From: a virus
Taxonomy: Duplodnaviria; Caudoviricetes
Length of the DNA: 61,040 bases
Reading direction: 5' to 3' (one strand)
IMG/VR virus record: IMGVR_UViG_3300033153_003434
Location: 1-61,040 of that record
The position numbers and the translations under genes were made by a program. Shown here piece by piece: positions 21,747 to 31,478 of this stretch (positions are counted from its first letter, which is position 1; the number at the start of each line of letters is the position of its first letter). The notes below the pieces were generated by a model that was not told the origin of the DNA, searched no databases, and was given only the letters and a program-made list of their open reading frames with translations.

Positions 21747-21941
21747 ATGAGTTTAAAAGAGCAATATAAAATATTAAATGGTGATGAAGTCGAGCAAATT
21801 GATGAAGAATTACAAAGTTTTGGTTTTAGAGTTAATATAGTTGGTGATGCTGATGAATTATCACAAATTGAAAACTATTTAAAACAGGTTAAAGACAGAT
21901 TTAAGGGTATTCAACACATAAACATACATAAGATTATATAA
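21747..21941 (+). CDS. Small hypothetical protein with leader
   Basis: MSLKEQYKILNGDEVEQIDEE; AGGA RBS. Confidence 0.6.
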   Translation: MSLKEQYKILNGDEVEQIDEELQSFGFRVNIVGDADELSQIENYLKQVKDRFKGIQHINIHKII

Positions 21942-23203
21942 TGGGTGTATTAGATTATTTAAGAGGTAAAGGGGTTAATGTTAAAACAGAAGAACCCGAA
22001 GAAGACGATAGAGATTATACAGCAGTTAATCTTCCTGATGATATTCGTGATGAATTAGATTTAATCATGGCTGAGCTAAAAGAAAAATCTGAAAGGTCAG
22101 AAGCCGAAAAGAAAACTAATACTGTAACTACGACAACGAATTCAAAGGATGATGAATACAACGAAAAATCACACTTTCCTACAAAAGAATATGATGTTGA
22201 TTTTGTAGATTGCCCTAAATGTAAAAAAGAGAAAACTATAACACTGCACATAAATAAAGAAACTGGTTTAATCAATGACGATGAATTTGGTTATAATAAA
22301 GAATGTTATAGTTGTAATTACTCACTATCAGATGTTGAAGTTGATGGTTTTAATGACATATTACAAGAAATAAAAGATGACGAAGTAGGCGATTTTTTCG
22401 ATAATAAGAATCAAGAAACTTTATTTAATGACGATGAAGAAGAAGAAGTGGAAGAAGGTGGTTCTAAATCTGATGTTGACGATGAAGATTTTGATAATGT
22501 CGGAATGATTACATGTCCTTACTGCGATACTAAGTATTCAGTATTAGTATATAAAAATCAAGATGATACTATTATACCTGGTGCTTATAATTGTGATAAT
22601 TGTGGGGAGTATGTAGACCCTGATTATATGGATGATTTTAATTTATCAGTTAGAAAAAATAAAGAAGCAGCAAAAACTAATAAGACACAAAGAAACCATA
22701 ACAATGCTAACACTATACAAACATACGATTATAAATGTCCAAAGTGTAATGAATATGCTATTACAGGCACTATAGAAACCATAAACGGAGTTACTAAGGG
22801 TGTAGAGTATGAACGTTGTAAAAATTGTAATTATACATATGATAATGATAATAATGATAACAATGTTGATGATGCCGAAGAAAAGGTAGAAGAAAATGAT
22901 ATTTTAAAACCATATACATTTGTTAAAATACAAGAAACCAATTCAGCTATGCGAAACAATTATAAACAATATAATAATTCTGTAGGAATTGTTATGTCTG
23001 TTAGTGCTGATAAAAAAGAGTATAGATTATGGATATTAAAAGATGGTAAGATTAACAGCGCTGTTTCATGGTTTCCAAGAGAAAATTTAGTAAAAACACC
23101 ATTACAAGACAAAAAACGAGCACAAGACTTTGTAGATGCATATGGAAAATCAAATGCAGATAGTATAAGAAGAAAGGTTGGTAGAGATACAACATTTATA
23201 TAA
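21941..23203 (+). CDS. Acidic protein with three Zn ribbons and a C-terminal SH3-like segment
   Basis: CPKC..CYSC, CPYC..CDNC, CPKC..CKNC. Confidence 0.65.
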   Translation: MGVLDYLRGKGVNVKTEEPEEDDRDYTAVNLPDDIRDELDLIMAELKEKSERSEAEKKTNTVTTTTNSKDDEYNEKSHFPTKEYDVDFVDCPKCKKEKTITLHINKETGLINDDEFGYNKECYSCNYSLSDVEVDGFNDILQEIKDDEVGDFFDNKNQETLFNDDEEEEVEEGGSKSDVDDEDFDNVGMITCPYCDTKYSVLVYKNQDDTIIPGAYNCDNCGEYVDPDYMDDFNLSVRKNKEAAKTNKTQRNHNNANTIQTYDYKCPKCNEYAITGTIETINGVTKGVEYERCKNCNYTYDNDNNDNNVDDAEEKVEENDILKPYTFVKIQETNSAMRNNYKQYNNSVGIVMSVSADKKEYRLWILKDGKINSAVSWFPRENLVKTPLQDKKRAQDFVDAYGKSNADSIRRKVGRDTTFI

Positions 23204-23206
23204 ATA
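23199..23206 (+). promoter_or_regulatory. Late promoter TATAAATA
   Basis: Exact motif upstream of sheath paralog B. Confidence 0.6.
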
Positions 23207-23237
23207 ACAATAACAAGATAATAATAGGAGTTAAAAT

Positions 23238-25541
23238 ATGACAACTAAACATTATGCACCAAGTATGACTTTTACAGAAAGTGAAGTAAGACTTCCTACA
23301 AGAGGTACTGTCGGTGTAACTAAAACAGGTATGTTACTTCCTGCAAGTAAAGGACCTGGTAATATTCCAATTAATATAAGAAGCGAAAGTGAATTATATG
23401 AAACTTTTGGATATCCAACGGAATATAATTATAAAGATTGGTTTAATGCTGCGGGATACTTAAAATATGCGAGTGAATTGTATGTTATAAGACCTGTAAA
23501 TACTGATTGGACTACTGCGGGTATCGCAATTAAGAATGATGGCGGAACAATAACAATTGAAGAAGGCGATAGAGCTGGTTTATACAACGAAGACAAAGCG
23601 GAATACACATTAGATAATTTAGGCACTACTATAACAGCAACAGATTACTTAATAGAATTTAATGCAAAATCTATAACAACAAGTGACGAAATTGCGGTTG
23701 CGGTGGTATCTAAAGATGATGTTAGCTCTTCTGACCTTTATTGGGGGGCACCAATATTTACAGAAACAGCAACTTATATAAATCAATTATATAATGAGGC
23801 TGATGGTGTAGAAACAATAGATGTAACTTTAGTTGCGGCTACAGCAACAACAGCGGCTTATTACACAGCAACAATCGGTGGAGTTGCTACTACTACAATT
23901 ACACATGGTTATACAGTTGTAGAAGCGGTTACAGGTGATGTATATGCTTTAGACACAAATGATTCTAGTGGTCCTGGCGACGCAACATTTGTAGACACAT
24001 CTAGGGCAGTAGTAGCTGGTACTAGCGGTACTATCGTATATGTAGAAGATGGTGTTAATAATAAATTTGGGTATTTATCAGATTTAGTGGAAGGTGCTTG
24101 TACTCTTACAGCGGTAGCAGATGGAAACGATATTGAATACCAACCACCTTTTAATAGTGTATTAACAGCGAAAAACGTAACATTGGGTATTACAGACTAT
24201 GTAGTGCCACAATACTTAGGAAGTTCACTTTATGGAACTGACAAGCTTCCTGTAAGTTTCTCAGACGTTATAAAACCAAAACCTGATTTCCTAAGATTAG
24301 AACTTGGTGTTGTAGTTCTTAAAAAAGACACCCAAGGATATTGGCAACTTGCTGAAACATTTGTAGGTAGTTGGGATGCATCTGCAAAAACTACAAGTGG
24401 TTTATCAAAACATATTAAAAGTGTGATTAATAGAGATAGTAAGTATGTTTATTGCCATGCTATTGATTATAACTCATATACAGGTTACGATTATGATTTC
24501 ACTACAAAGGATTTCTCAGTTAGAGATATGATTTTAAACGATAACGATGCAGCAGAATATTCAGCACCTTGGTCGGGCTCGACTGAGTGGAACGGTACTA
24601 ATATGTCTTCAATAGCAACTGGTGCTCTTGGTACAACTGTATTAGAAACATCAGCAGAAATATTTGGATTAAATGGTTTAATGAACCCTGATATACTTCT
24701 TGGTTTTAACAATGGTAGAATAGCAGGTTACTTAGACACAATGCCGATTATCGCAGAACAAACAGGAATGAGTGTTTCGCTTGTTTCACTTTGGAATAAT
24801 GAAAGCGCTGTTGGTGGTACCGAAGAATCATTAAACTTCTCGGTGATTAACACACTTGGTAACGACAGAGACGATACATCAATTGGGGCTTTAACAGAAT
24901 TTAATTCATATACAATGTCATTTGGTCAGATGAAATATTTCTATGATAAATATAATGATAAGTATAGATGGATTCCTATTGTAGGTGATATGGCAGGTAT
25001 GCTAACAAGAAATGATACTATAAATGGACCGCAATCTGCTATGGCAGGTTACAGAAGAGGTGAATGGAACAACTTCGCCAAACTATTCACAAAAGGTACA
25101 TATGACCAAGATGAACTTAGTAAGAATGGTATTAACCAAATAATTTATGATTATACAGATGATAATTGGATTCTGTTTGAATTTATGACAAACACACAAC
25201 AAGACCTTATTGTTAAGGAAGCCAATGTTAGAAGAATGATAATTTATATTAAACAGTTCTTGAAAAATGTTCTTAAAGGAAATTACTTTGAGTTCAATAA
25301 TAGAGACACCAGAGATATAACACTTTATAGAATTCAATACTTATTTGAAGAATTAAAGAAAAATGGTGGATTGTACGATTACCTATTAACATGTGATGAA
25401 ACTAATAACACTTCTGAAAGAATCAACAACAACGAATTCGTTCTTGATGTTAGACTTCAACCAAACAGAGTTATTAAACACATCATCGTTAACATTGTTA
25501 ATTACGATATGGGTATTTCAATCCAAGAGTTAAGCGAGTGA
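23238..25541 (+). CDS. gp18: Tail sheath protein paralog B (T4 gp18-like)
   Basis: FGYPTEYNYKDWFNAAGYL, YDKYNDKYRWIPIVGDMAG, ANVRR, TCDETNNTSERINNNEF. Confidence 0.92.
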   Translation: MTTKHYAPSMTFTESEVRLPTRGTVGVTKTGMLLPASKGPGNIPINIRSESELYETFGYPTEYNYKDWFNAAGYLKYASELYVIRPVNTDWTTAGIAIKNDGGTITIEEGDRAGLYNEDKAEYTLDNLGTTITATDYLIEFNAKSITTSDEIAVAVVSKDDVSSSDLYWGAPIFTETATYINQLYNEADGVETIDVTLVAATATTAAYYTATIGGVATTTITHGYTVVEAVTGDVYALDTNDSSGPGDATFVDTSRAVVAGTSGTIVYVEDGVNNKFGYLSDLVEGACTLTAVADGNDIEYQPPFNSVLTAKNVTLGITDYVVPQYLGSSLYGTDKLPVSFSDVIKPKPDFLRLELGVVVLKKDTQGYWQLAETFVGSWDASAKTTSGLSKHIKSVINRDSKYVYCHAIDYNSYTGYDYDFTTKDFSVRDMILNDNDAAEYSAPWSGSTEWNGTNMSSIATGALGTTVLETSAEIFGLNGLMNPDILLGFNNGRIAGYLDTMPIIAEQTGMSVSLVSLWNNESAVGGTEESLNFSVINTLGNDRDDTSIGALTEFNSYTMSFGQMKYFYDKYNDKYRWIPIVGDMAGMLTRNDTINGPQSAMAGYRRGEWNNFAKLFTKGTYDQDELSKNGINQIIYDYTDDNWILFEFMTNTQQDLIVKEANVRRMIIYIKQFLKNVLKGNYFEFNNRDTRDITLYRIQYLFEELKKNGGLYDYLLTCDETNNTSERINNNEFVLDVRLQPNRVIKHIIVNIVNYDMGISIQELSE

Positions 25542-26266
25542 TAATGATTTTCGATAAAAAATGTAAAATATGTGGTAGTTCTTTTTCTTCTGATAAAAGG
25601 GCTACCGCTTATTGTTCGGAAAACTGCAAGACAGTATTTTATAATAATAGATTAAAGAAAACCAAAGAAACAAATCTTAAAAAATATGGATGTGAAAATC
25701 CTTATCAAAATGAAGAAATAAAGAAAAAATGTAGAAAAATTAAAAAAGAAAGATATGGCGATGAACATTTTGTAAATGTTAAAAAACGACAACAGACAAA
25801 TCTTAAAAAATATGGGGTTAGTAGTTATTCCAAAACTAAAGAATATAAAAATAAATGTATTAAAACAAGTTTGGAAAAATACGGAACTGAATATCCAATG
25901 CAATCAAAAGATATAAATAAAAAATCTATGGTCAATGCTTGTAATTTTAAAGAATATATATTACCAAGCGGTAAAATTGTAAAAATTCAAGGTTATGAGA
26001 ATAAAGCATTAGATGAATTATTTAAAAATGGATATAAAGAAGAAGACGTTTTAATGGATAGATTAGATGTCCCAAAAATAAGATACACCGATAAAAACGG
26101 AAAAAGACGATTATACTATCCCGACATATACATAAAAAGTGAAAATAAAATTATAGAAGTTAAAAGCGAATATACATATAATTATAATTTAAATACGAAT
26201 TTATTAAAAGAAAAAGCATGTATTAATAACGGATTCAACTTTGAATTTAAAATATATTATAAATAA
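25538..26266 (+). CDS. Free-standing PD-(D/E)XK homing-type endonuclease with KYG repeats
   Basis: Zn finger CKIC..YCSENC; repeated TNLKKYG; YYPDIYI..IIEVKS catalytic motif. Confidence 0.8.
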   Translation: MIMIFDKKCKICGSSFSSDKRATAYCSENCKTVFYNNRLKKTKETNLKKYGCENPYQNEEIKKKCRKIKKERYGDEHFVNVKKRQQTNLKKYGVSSYSKTKEYKNKCIKTSLEKYGTEYPMQSKDINKKSMVNACNFKEYILPSGKIVKIQGYENKALDELFKNGYKEEDVLMDRLDVPKIRYTDKNGKRRLYYPDIYIKSENKIIEVKSEYTYNYNLNTNLLKEKACINNGFNFEFKIYYK

Positions 26267-26293
26267 AGACGGATGAAAACCATAACATAGACG

Positions 26294-26335
26294 AGAAAAA
26301 CCCCAAGCATAATAGTTTGGGGTTTTTCTTTTCTT
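26294..26335. terminator. Bidirectional terminator between convergent gene blocks
   Basis: agaaaaaccccaagc-ataata-gtttggggtttttct with flanking A and T tracts. Confidence 0.75.
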
Positions 26336-26340
26336 TTTCT

Positions 26341-27093
26341 TTATCTACTAAATAAACTTTTCTTTTTTATTGGTTCCCCACGTTCATCGGCTCTTGTAGG
26401 CATACCATAATTTTCAGCATACTTAATACATAATGTACCGATTTTTCGCATTTCGTTTTTTGCATTTTCATCATCAAGATTGTAAATATTCTTTTTCAAC
26501 CTATTAAGATGTTCTTCTATATCAATAGCAATTTGTGGAAATGAGCATATATCTTTACCCCATTTATTATCCTGATATTCTCTTTCTTTATCAAATGCAT
26601 CATAAATATCTTTTCTATCCATATTGATACCATTTACTAATTCATAAATTTTGGCTTCATTAAGATAAACATCTACCCAAGAAAAATCAGCTGTCCATTC
26701 TTTACCACTTCTTTTTTTCCATATATTAATAGATTCTTCAATATATGCCAATGCTTCTTCTTCCATCATACCATTAATTTTAATAAGTTGGTCTATTACC
26801 ACATCTTGTTTGCCGTTATTACGAGCCATATAGGTGTGTTTTACCCTATGACAATCAGCACAAATAGGAATAACCCCTGTAAGTGTTACCTTTCTTTTCC
26901 TTTCATTAAAATCCCATATTTCGTGGCATTCAGAATGTTCATCATTTTTACCACAATTAGCACAAGTGTTGTTGGAATCTCTTTGTGATTTTCTTTTCAC
27001 GATGCCCCAATCTCTTTTAGATAGTCTTTTCAACAAACTACCATTATTTATGCTTTGTGGTATTAATTCGATTGTTAATCTTAAATCGTTCAT
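26341..27093 (-). CDS. HNH-type nuclease domain fused to a short MazG/dUTPase-like helical domain
   Basis: CANC..ECHEIW..CADCH; C-terminal EREYQDNKWG..EE..NEMRKIGTLC. Confidence 0.6.
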   Translation of the reverse strand: MNDLRLTIELIPQSINNGSLLKRLSKRDWGIVKRKSQRDSNNTCANCGKNDEHSECHEIWDFNERKRKVTLTGVIPICADCHRVKHTYMARNNGKQDVVIDQLIKINGMMEEEALAYIEESINIWKKRSGKEWTADFSWVDVYLNEAKIYELVNGINMDRKDIYDAFDKEREYQDNKWGKDICSFPQIAIDIEEHLNRLKKNIYNLDDENAKNEMRKIGTLCIKYAENYGMPTRADERGEPIKKKSLFSR

Positions 27094-27539
27094 TAAATCC
27101 CCCTTTTCATATTATCTAATATTCTTTGTAGAACTTCAATATTATCTTTAATGTTTTCAACATCAAAATGTTCTTCTTGTATTCTTCTTTTTTCTGACCA
27201 CATTTTTAAGTCACCCAAATTATAAAAAATTGGTATTCCGAGTTTATTTGCTAATTCTTCTTCTTGTGAAGCTCCATCACTCTCACCATTTTTAATTCTT
27301 AACACACAATCACACACAGGCAACCATTCAAAATCTAATTCTAACCACACCTTTCCAGGTTGTGGGTATATTTGGTCTTGCCAATGGTTTAATAGTGGTG
27401 TAAATGGTGCAAACCCTAAATTAATAAGGTCATCACTAACTTTTAACGATGTAAGTGCGTTTTCGAGCTTTTGTCTCCCATCCGTAATTTTACCACCATC
27501 TGTATACCCACTTGCAACGTATACTTTTAATTTCTTCAT
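27093..27539 (-). CDS. Nucleoside 2-deoxyribosyltransferase-like / DUF4406-like protein
   Basis: KVYVASGYT, APFTP, CDCVL, ESDGASQEEELANKLGIPIF motif pattern. Confidence 0.7.
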   Translation of the reverse strand: MKKLKVYVASGYTDGGKITDGRQKLENALTSLKVSDDLINLGFAPFTPLLNHWQDQIYPQPGKVWLELDFEWLPVCDCVLRIKNGESDGASQEEELANKLGIPIFYNLGDLKMWSEKRRIQEEHFDVENIKDNIEVLQRILDNMKRGI

Positions 27540-27934
27540 TGTAAATCCTCCTCTTCTTGATTTAACATATCACTACTATCTGAATCAGTAATGTTTAATA
27601 TTTTTGAATTTTTCCAACATTGTATTAAATTCTTTCCAATATTGATAAATCCATAAAATAGAAATTTTATAAACCTTGGTATTTGCATAGGTACATATCT
27701 AACTTGTTTAGCATAAGACATAATTATAATTATTTCTATTATTAATATTGGTGATGTCATTAACAACCCGCCAAAAAATACTTGTACCATATCATCAGGA
27801 TGTGCAATTTTAGGTCTTAACAAAAACCCCATAGCAAAAGAATGACAAATGACATATATTATTATCATACAAATTGCAAAAAACCTTGGATATATATTAT
27901 AAAACATTTTAATAAATTTAAATAATCTACTCAT
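27536..27934 (-). CDS. Hypothetical membrane protein (about 2 TM)
   Basis: Two long hydrophobic segments; coupled to neighbours. Confidence 0.6.
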   Translation of the reverse strand: MSRLFKFIKMFYNIYPRFFAICMIIIYVICHSFAMGFLLRPKIAHPDDMVQVFFGGLLMTSPILIIEIIIIMSYAKQVRYVPMQIPRFIKFLFYGFINIGKNLIQCWKNSKILNITDSDSSDMLNQEEEDLQ

Positions 27935-28550
27935 TAATACTCCTTTCTTCTTTGTTTAAATAATAACTAATTTTTTCATTATCATTTTTGAAACCTTTTT
28001 TAAGTATCTTGTAATCATTGTATATAAATCTAATTCTTTTAGTTGTTTTACTGTAAATATTTTCTATTTTATACCAATATTTCTCATATATACTAGCCCA
28101 TATTCCTACGATTATGAATATACCTCCGCCAAACGAAATAATCCTCATACCATAACTTAACCATAACAATTCTAAGGACTCGGTATAAAAGATATGAGAT
28201 GTAAATAACATAAAAATATTACCAAATAGGAAAACAATTGTTAATATAAGTATAGGATAAAAAATATTGTCGTGGTCATAAGACAAATCTTCAAAAGTTG
28301 TTTCTTTCCACCATGTTTTAAACATTTTAAATATAGTTTTAAATTTAATTTTTAATAGTTTTCTAAATATTGGAAATATTAATATATGGTCAACAACTGT
28401 TAAAGCTATTCCAAAAAATATACTTATGATTATTAAACCTGGACCATCCCATTGGTGTGGTTCTAAGGTTAACACAAAAATCCAAGCTATTATACTCGCT
28501 TGTGCCATTGTTATTAAAAATAGTTTTAACGATTTCATTTTTTCCACCAT
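27927..28550 (-). CDS. Hypothetical membrane protein (about 4 TM)
   Basis: Four hydrophobic segments. Confidence 0.6.
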   Translation of the reverse strand: MVEKMKSLKLFLITMAQASIIAWIFVLTLEPHQWDGPGLIIISIFFGIALTVVDHILIFPIFRKLLKIKFKTIFKMFKTWWKETTFEDLSYDHDNIFYPILILTIVFLFGNIFMLFTSHIFYTESLELLWLSYGMRIISFGGGIFIIVGIWASIYEKYWYKIENIYSKTTKRIRFIYNDYKILKKGFKNDNEKISYYLNKEERSINE

Positions 28551-28744
28551 CTTCTTAATTTTTTAAGTCTTTTCAATTCTATCTTTTCAAATATATTTAA
28601 ATAATTTTTTCTATCTTCAAATGCTTTGATAGTATCTTGAACAGATACATCTAATGCTTCGTCACCTTTTAAATCTAACCATCTAAACAATAGATATATA
28701 AATGATAAAACTATAAAATATATTAACCAATTATACCATTCCAT
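28535..28744 (-). CDS. Small membrane protein
   Basis: Likely start MEWYNWLIYFIVLSFIYLLF after GGAG RBS. Confidence 0.55.
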   Translation of the reverse strand: MEWYNWLIYFIVLSFIYLLFRWLDLKGDEALDVSVQDTIKAFEDRKNYLNIFEKIELKRLKKLRRWWKK

Positions 28745-29034
28745 TATAACAACTCCGTAATATCTTCTATAGCAAACACACAAATATCATCATGTTCTAT
28801 AAGTTCATAAACTCTACACATATTATCATAATCACACACCTCACAATAATGGTCTCCTTCTAAATCTGCAATTTTTAGCATGAATTTTTCGTGGGCTTTT
28901 ACATCCCCACTTTTTGTTTCTTTTAATTTTTCATCTTTCCAATCTATAAGTTCGTGTAATAGATGGTCTAAATCTTCGTGTTTATAATTTCTAAACATTT
29001 CACGAATTTCTTCCATTTCTTTATTAGCCATCAT
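28744..29034 (-). CDS. Hypothetical protein with C-terminal Cys cluster
   Basis: AAGGAGG RBS; first gene after the leftward promoter. Confidence 0.65.
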   Translation of the reverse strand: MMANKEMEEIREMFRNYKHEDLDHLLHELIDWKDEKLKETKSGDVKAHEKFMLKIADLEGDHYCEVCDYDNMCRVYELIEHDDICVFAIEDITELL

Positions 29035-29064
29035 TTCCTCCTTTTTAATTAATGATTACAACAC

Positions 29065-29093
29065 AATATATACACTTTTTTACAGAATGTCAA
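29065..29093 (-). promoter_or_regulatory. Sigma70-type promoter for the leftward island
   Basis: Minus strand TTGACA-17 nt-TATATT. Confidence 0.75.
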
Positions 29094-29102
29094 GTATTAT
29101 TT

Positions 29103-29205
29103 AATATGGTCGCTGAGTCCGCAGGTCACACAATTGTGAGCATCCCATTAACAAGGGTTACGCTATGCCAGTGCACTGACCCCCTGATACTGTATAAACC
29201 ATATC
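29103..29205 (-). ncRNA. Candidate structured small RNA of unknown family
   Basis: GC-rich intergenic island closed by a terminal stem (atatggt/accatat), directly downstream of its own promoter. Confidence 0.45.
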
Positions 29206-29209
29206 AACC

Positions 29210-29238
29210 AATATAACACTTTTTTGTTATAATGTCAA
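29210..29238 (-). promoter_or_regulatory. Sigma70-type promoter upstream of the candidate sRNA
   Basis: Minus strand TTGACA-17 nt-TATATT. Confidence 0.7.
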
Positions 29239-29276
29239 GTAATTTATAAAATTTGTGGTTATTTTTTTAGTAATTT

Positions 29277-29294
29277 TATAAATAAATATAAATA
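29277..29294 (+). promoter_or_regulatory. Tandem late promoters TATAAATA x2
   Basis: Motifs at 29277 and 29287. Confidence 0.65.
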
Positions 29295-29317
29295 ACAATA
29301 TAACAAGGAAATTACTA

Positions 29318-29782
29318 ATGGAATCGTTATTTGAAAAATATATGGACACTGTTACCAAAAAGCCCGAAAATAAAGGTAAAATATTCGAAGGTGTAAAAGC
29401 AGAAGAACTATACGAAGATTATGGTGGTGAATCAGTAGAAAGAATAATTACAGCAATAGCATCACAATTTTTTATAAATGGTAATGCTGCTATTAACAAT
29501 GGCGAACCATATTTAAAAAATTCATACCATTACGATGCGGAATTAGCAAAAATGTGTAAAAAAGCTAAAAACCCAGAAGAATTAAAAGGTATTATAATAA
29601 AGTATATAAGAACAAAAGGTAAGAAATATACAAATCTAACACTACAAGATTTAAAATGGGTTAAACATGGTGGATGGAATCACATTTTTGCAGAAGTTAA
29701 TGATGATTACGGTGATACCCCAGTACTTTCAAAAGAACAAGAAGACGCATTTTTAGATAATTACCATAAAAGATTTAAATAA
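29318..29782 (+). CDS. Hypothetical protein with leader
   Basis: MESLFEKYMD..IFEG..LYED. Confidence 0.65.
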   Translation: MESLFEKYMDTVTKKPENKGKIFEGVKAEELYEDYGGESVERIITAIASQFFINGNAAINNGEPYLKNSYHYDAELAKMCKKAKNPEELKGIIIKYIRTKGKKYTNLTLQDLKWVKHGGWNHIFAEVNDDYGDTPVLSKEQEDAFLDNYHKRFK

Positions 29783-29800
29783 TTAAAATAAGGATATAAA

Positions 29801-30544
29801 ATGAGTAAATTTTTAACCGAAATGTACAATGATAACTACTGTACAGAAGACAAAACAATCAACAGTATGGTTGAAAATTGGGATACTGCTGATTACGATA
29901 AAAGAACATGGATTTTAAACTACTTGGGCGAATCTGTTTATGGTAATATAGAATCTACATATAAACAACTAAACCCAAAACTTCGTTTAAAAGTTGATAA
30001 TTTAATTGTTGACTTAAAAGAACATCAAAACACTAAATCTGTTAATGAAGAATTTCAAGGTGGTGTAGATTTCGAAGCTGATGACATACAACCATTGGAT
30101 GATTTCGAAGATGAACAAATAGTCGATGATGAATTTAATAACGACCAAATAGTCGGTGGTGATTTTAATGATGATTACGAAGACCTTCCATACGAAGAAA
30201 ATGATGCCGATATGAACATGGATGATGAGTACGAAGAAATCGATGTTGTCTATGATGATAATGTTGATGATATGGATGAAATCGATGTTGAGCAGGAAAT
30301 TGACACCTATAATGCAGAATACCAAGAAAATGGTGATGCTGAATATGATGATGAAGTTGGTTTACAACAAGTTGACAATGAAGAATTTTATGAAATTGAT
30401 GATGAAGTTGATGAAGTTGATGAAGTTGATGAAGTTGATGAATTCGAAGAAGATGATATGGAATATTATGATGAAATGGGTGACGATACATTTATCGATA
30501 ATGATATGGAAGACGATGAAGAAGATGAAGAATTAGGTGGGTAA
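29801..30544 (+). CDS. Extremely acidic protein (head core/internal protein or DNA mimic)
   Basis: C-terminal about 165 aa dominated by D/E with no K or R; leader MSKFLTEMY. Confidence 0.7.
   Translation: MSKFLTEMYNDNYCTEDKTINSMVENWDTADYDKRTWILNYLGESVYGNIESTYKQLNPKLRLKVDNLIVDLKEHQNTKSVNEEFQGGVDFEADDIQPLDDFEDEQIVDDEFNNDQIVGGDFNDDYEDLPYEENDADMNMDDEYEEIDVVYDDNVDDMDEIDVEQEIDTYNAEYQENGDAEYDDEVGLQQVDNEEFYEIDDEVDEVDEVDEVDEFEEDDMEYYDEMGDDTFIDNDMEDDEEDEELGG
30401..30442 (+). repeat. In-frame tandem repeat (GATGAAGTT)x4 encoding DEV
   Basis: Read directly from sequence. Confidence 0.9.
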
Positions 30545-30557
30545 CAATCGGATTTAA

Positions 30558-31478
30558 ATGGAATTATTAAATAGAAATACTATAAGTTGTGAAATATGTG
30601 GTTTGGTGTGCAAATCTTTTAATGGTTTATCACACCATATCATAAAAACTCACAAACAAACACCATTAGAATATTACGATGTGTATATATTATGTGATGA
30701 TTCTAATTTGTGTATATATTGTAAGAAACCCGTAAAATTTACAAGTTTAAAAAATGGTTATAAACAACAATGTAAAACAGAATCTTGCAGATTGTTAAAA
30801 TATAAAAAAACTTGTCGTGAAAAATATGGTGTTGATAATTCATTCAAATCTGAAAAAATTAAAAACATCATTAAAGAAAAATTAAAGAAAAATTATGGTG
30901 TTGATAATCCGACAAAAAATAAAAATATTATGGATAAAATTAAAAAAACAAAAAAAGAAAAACACGGTAATGAAAATTACAATAATATAGAAAAACAAAA
31001 AAACACTATAAGAGAAAGATATAAAGTTACACATTATTCAAATACTAAAGAATATAAAGAAAAATGTCAAAAAACATCAATGATGAGATATGGCACAAAA
31101 CACCCAATGCAAAATGAAGAAATATTTAACAATTGTATGAAATCTTCTTATAATTGGAAATTGTATGTTCTTCCATCAGGAAAAGAAATTAAAACACAGG
31201 GATACGAAAACAAATTTTTAGATGAATATTTTGAAAATGGTGGAAAAGAAGAAAATGTAGTTATACACCCGACACAAGATATAATCGGAAAAATATGGTA
31301 TAAAAATAAAGGAAATTTACACAAATATTATCCTGATTTTTATATTAAAAATACAAACACTATAATTGAAGTTAAAAGCACTTATACTTTTGATAAAGAT
31401 AAAAATGTAAATTTACTAAAAGAAAAATCTTGTTTAACTAACGGTTTTAATTTTGAATTTAGGATATATAATAAATGA
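30558..31478 (+). CDS. Free-standing PD-(D/E)XK homing-type endonuclease, paralog of 25538..26266
   Basis: C2H2 finger CEIC..HIIKTH; KYG repeats; YYPDFYI..IIEVKS; near-identical C-terminus NLLKEKxCxxNGFNFEFxIYxK. Confidence 0.8.
   Translation: MELLNRNTISCEICGLVCKSFNGLSHHIIKTHKQTPLEYYDVYILCDDSNLCIYCKKPVKFTSLKNGYKQQCKTESCRLLKYKKTCREKYGVDNSFKSEKIKNIIKEKLKKNYGVDNPTKNKNIMDKIKKTKKEKHGNENYNNIEKQKNTIRERYKVTHYSNTKEYKEKCQKTSMMRYGTKHPMQNEEIFNNCMKSSYNWKLYVLPSGKEIKTQGYENKFLDEYFENGGKEENVVIHPTQDIIGKIWYKNKGNLHKYYPDFYIKNTNTIIEVKSTYTFDKDKNVNLLKEKSCLTNGFNFEFRIYNK

Noticed and set aside
434-25903. Numerous short antisense and alternate-frame ORFs in the track (e.g. 434..628, 2763..3089, 13656..14087)
   Set aside because: They lie inside longer plus-strand genes with RBSs and look like shadow ORFs of biased codon usage
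25538-26266. Group I intron around the endonuclease genes
   Set aside because: Flanking genes are complete and there is no non-coding space for an intron core
30014-30536. His/Gln-rich and Met/Lys-rich ORFs
   Set aside because: Alternate-frame readings of the GAT/GAA-rich acidic gene
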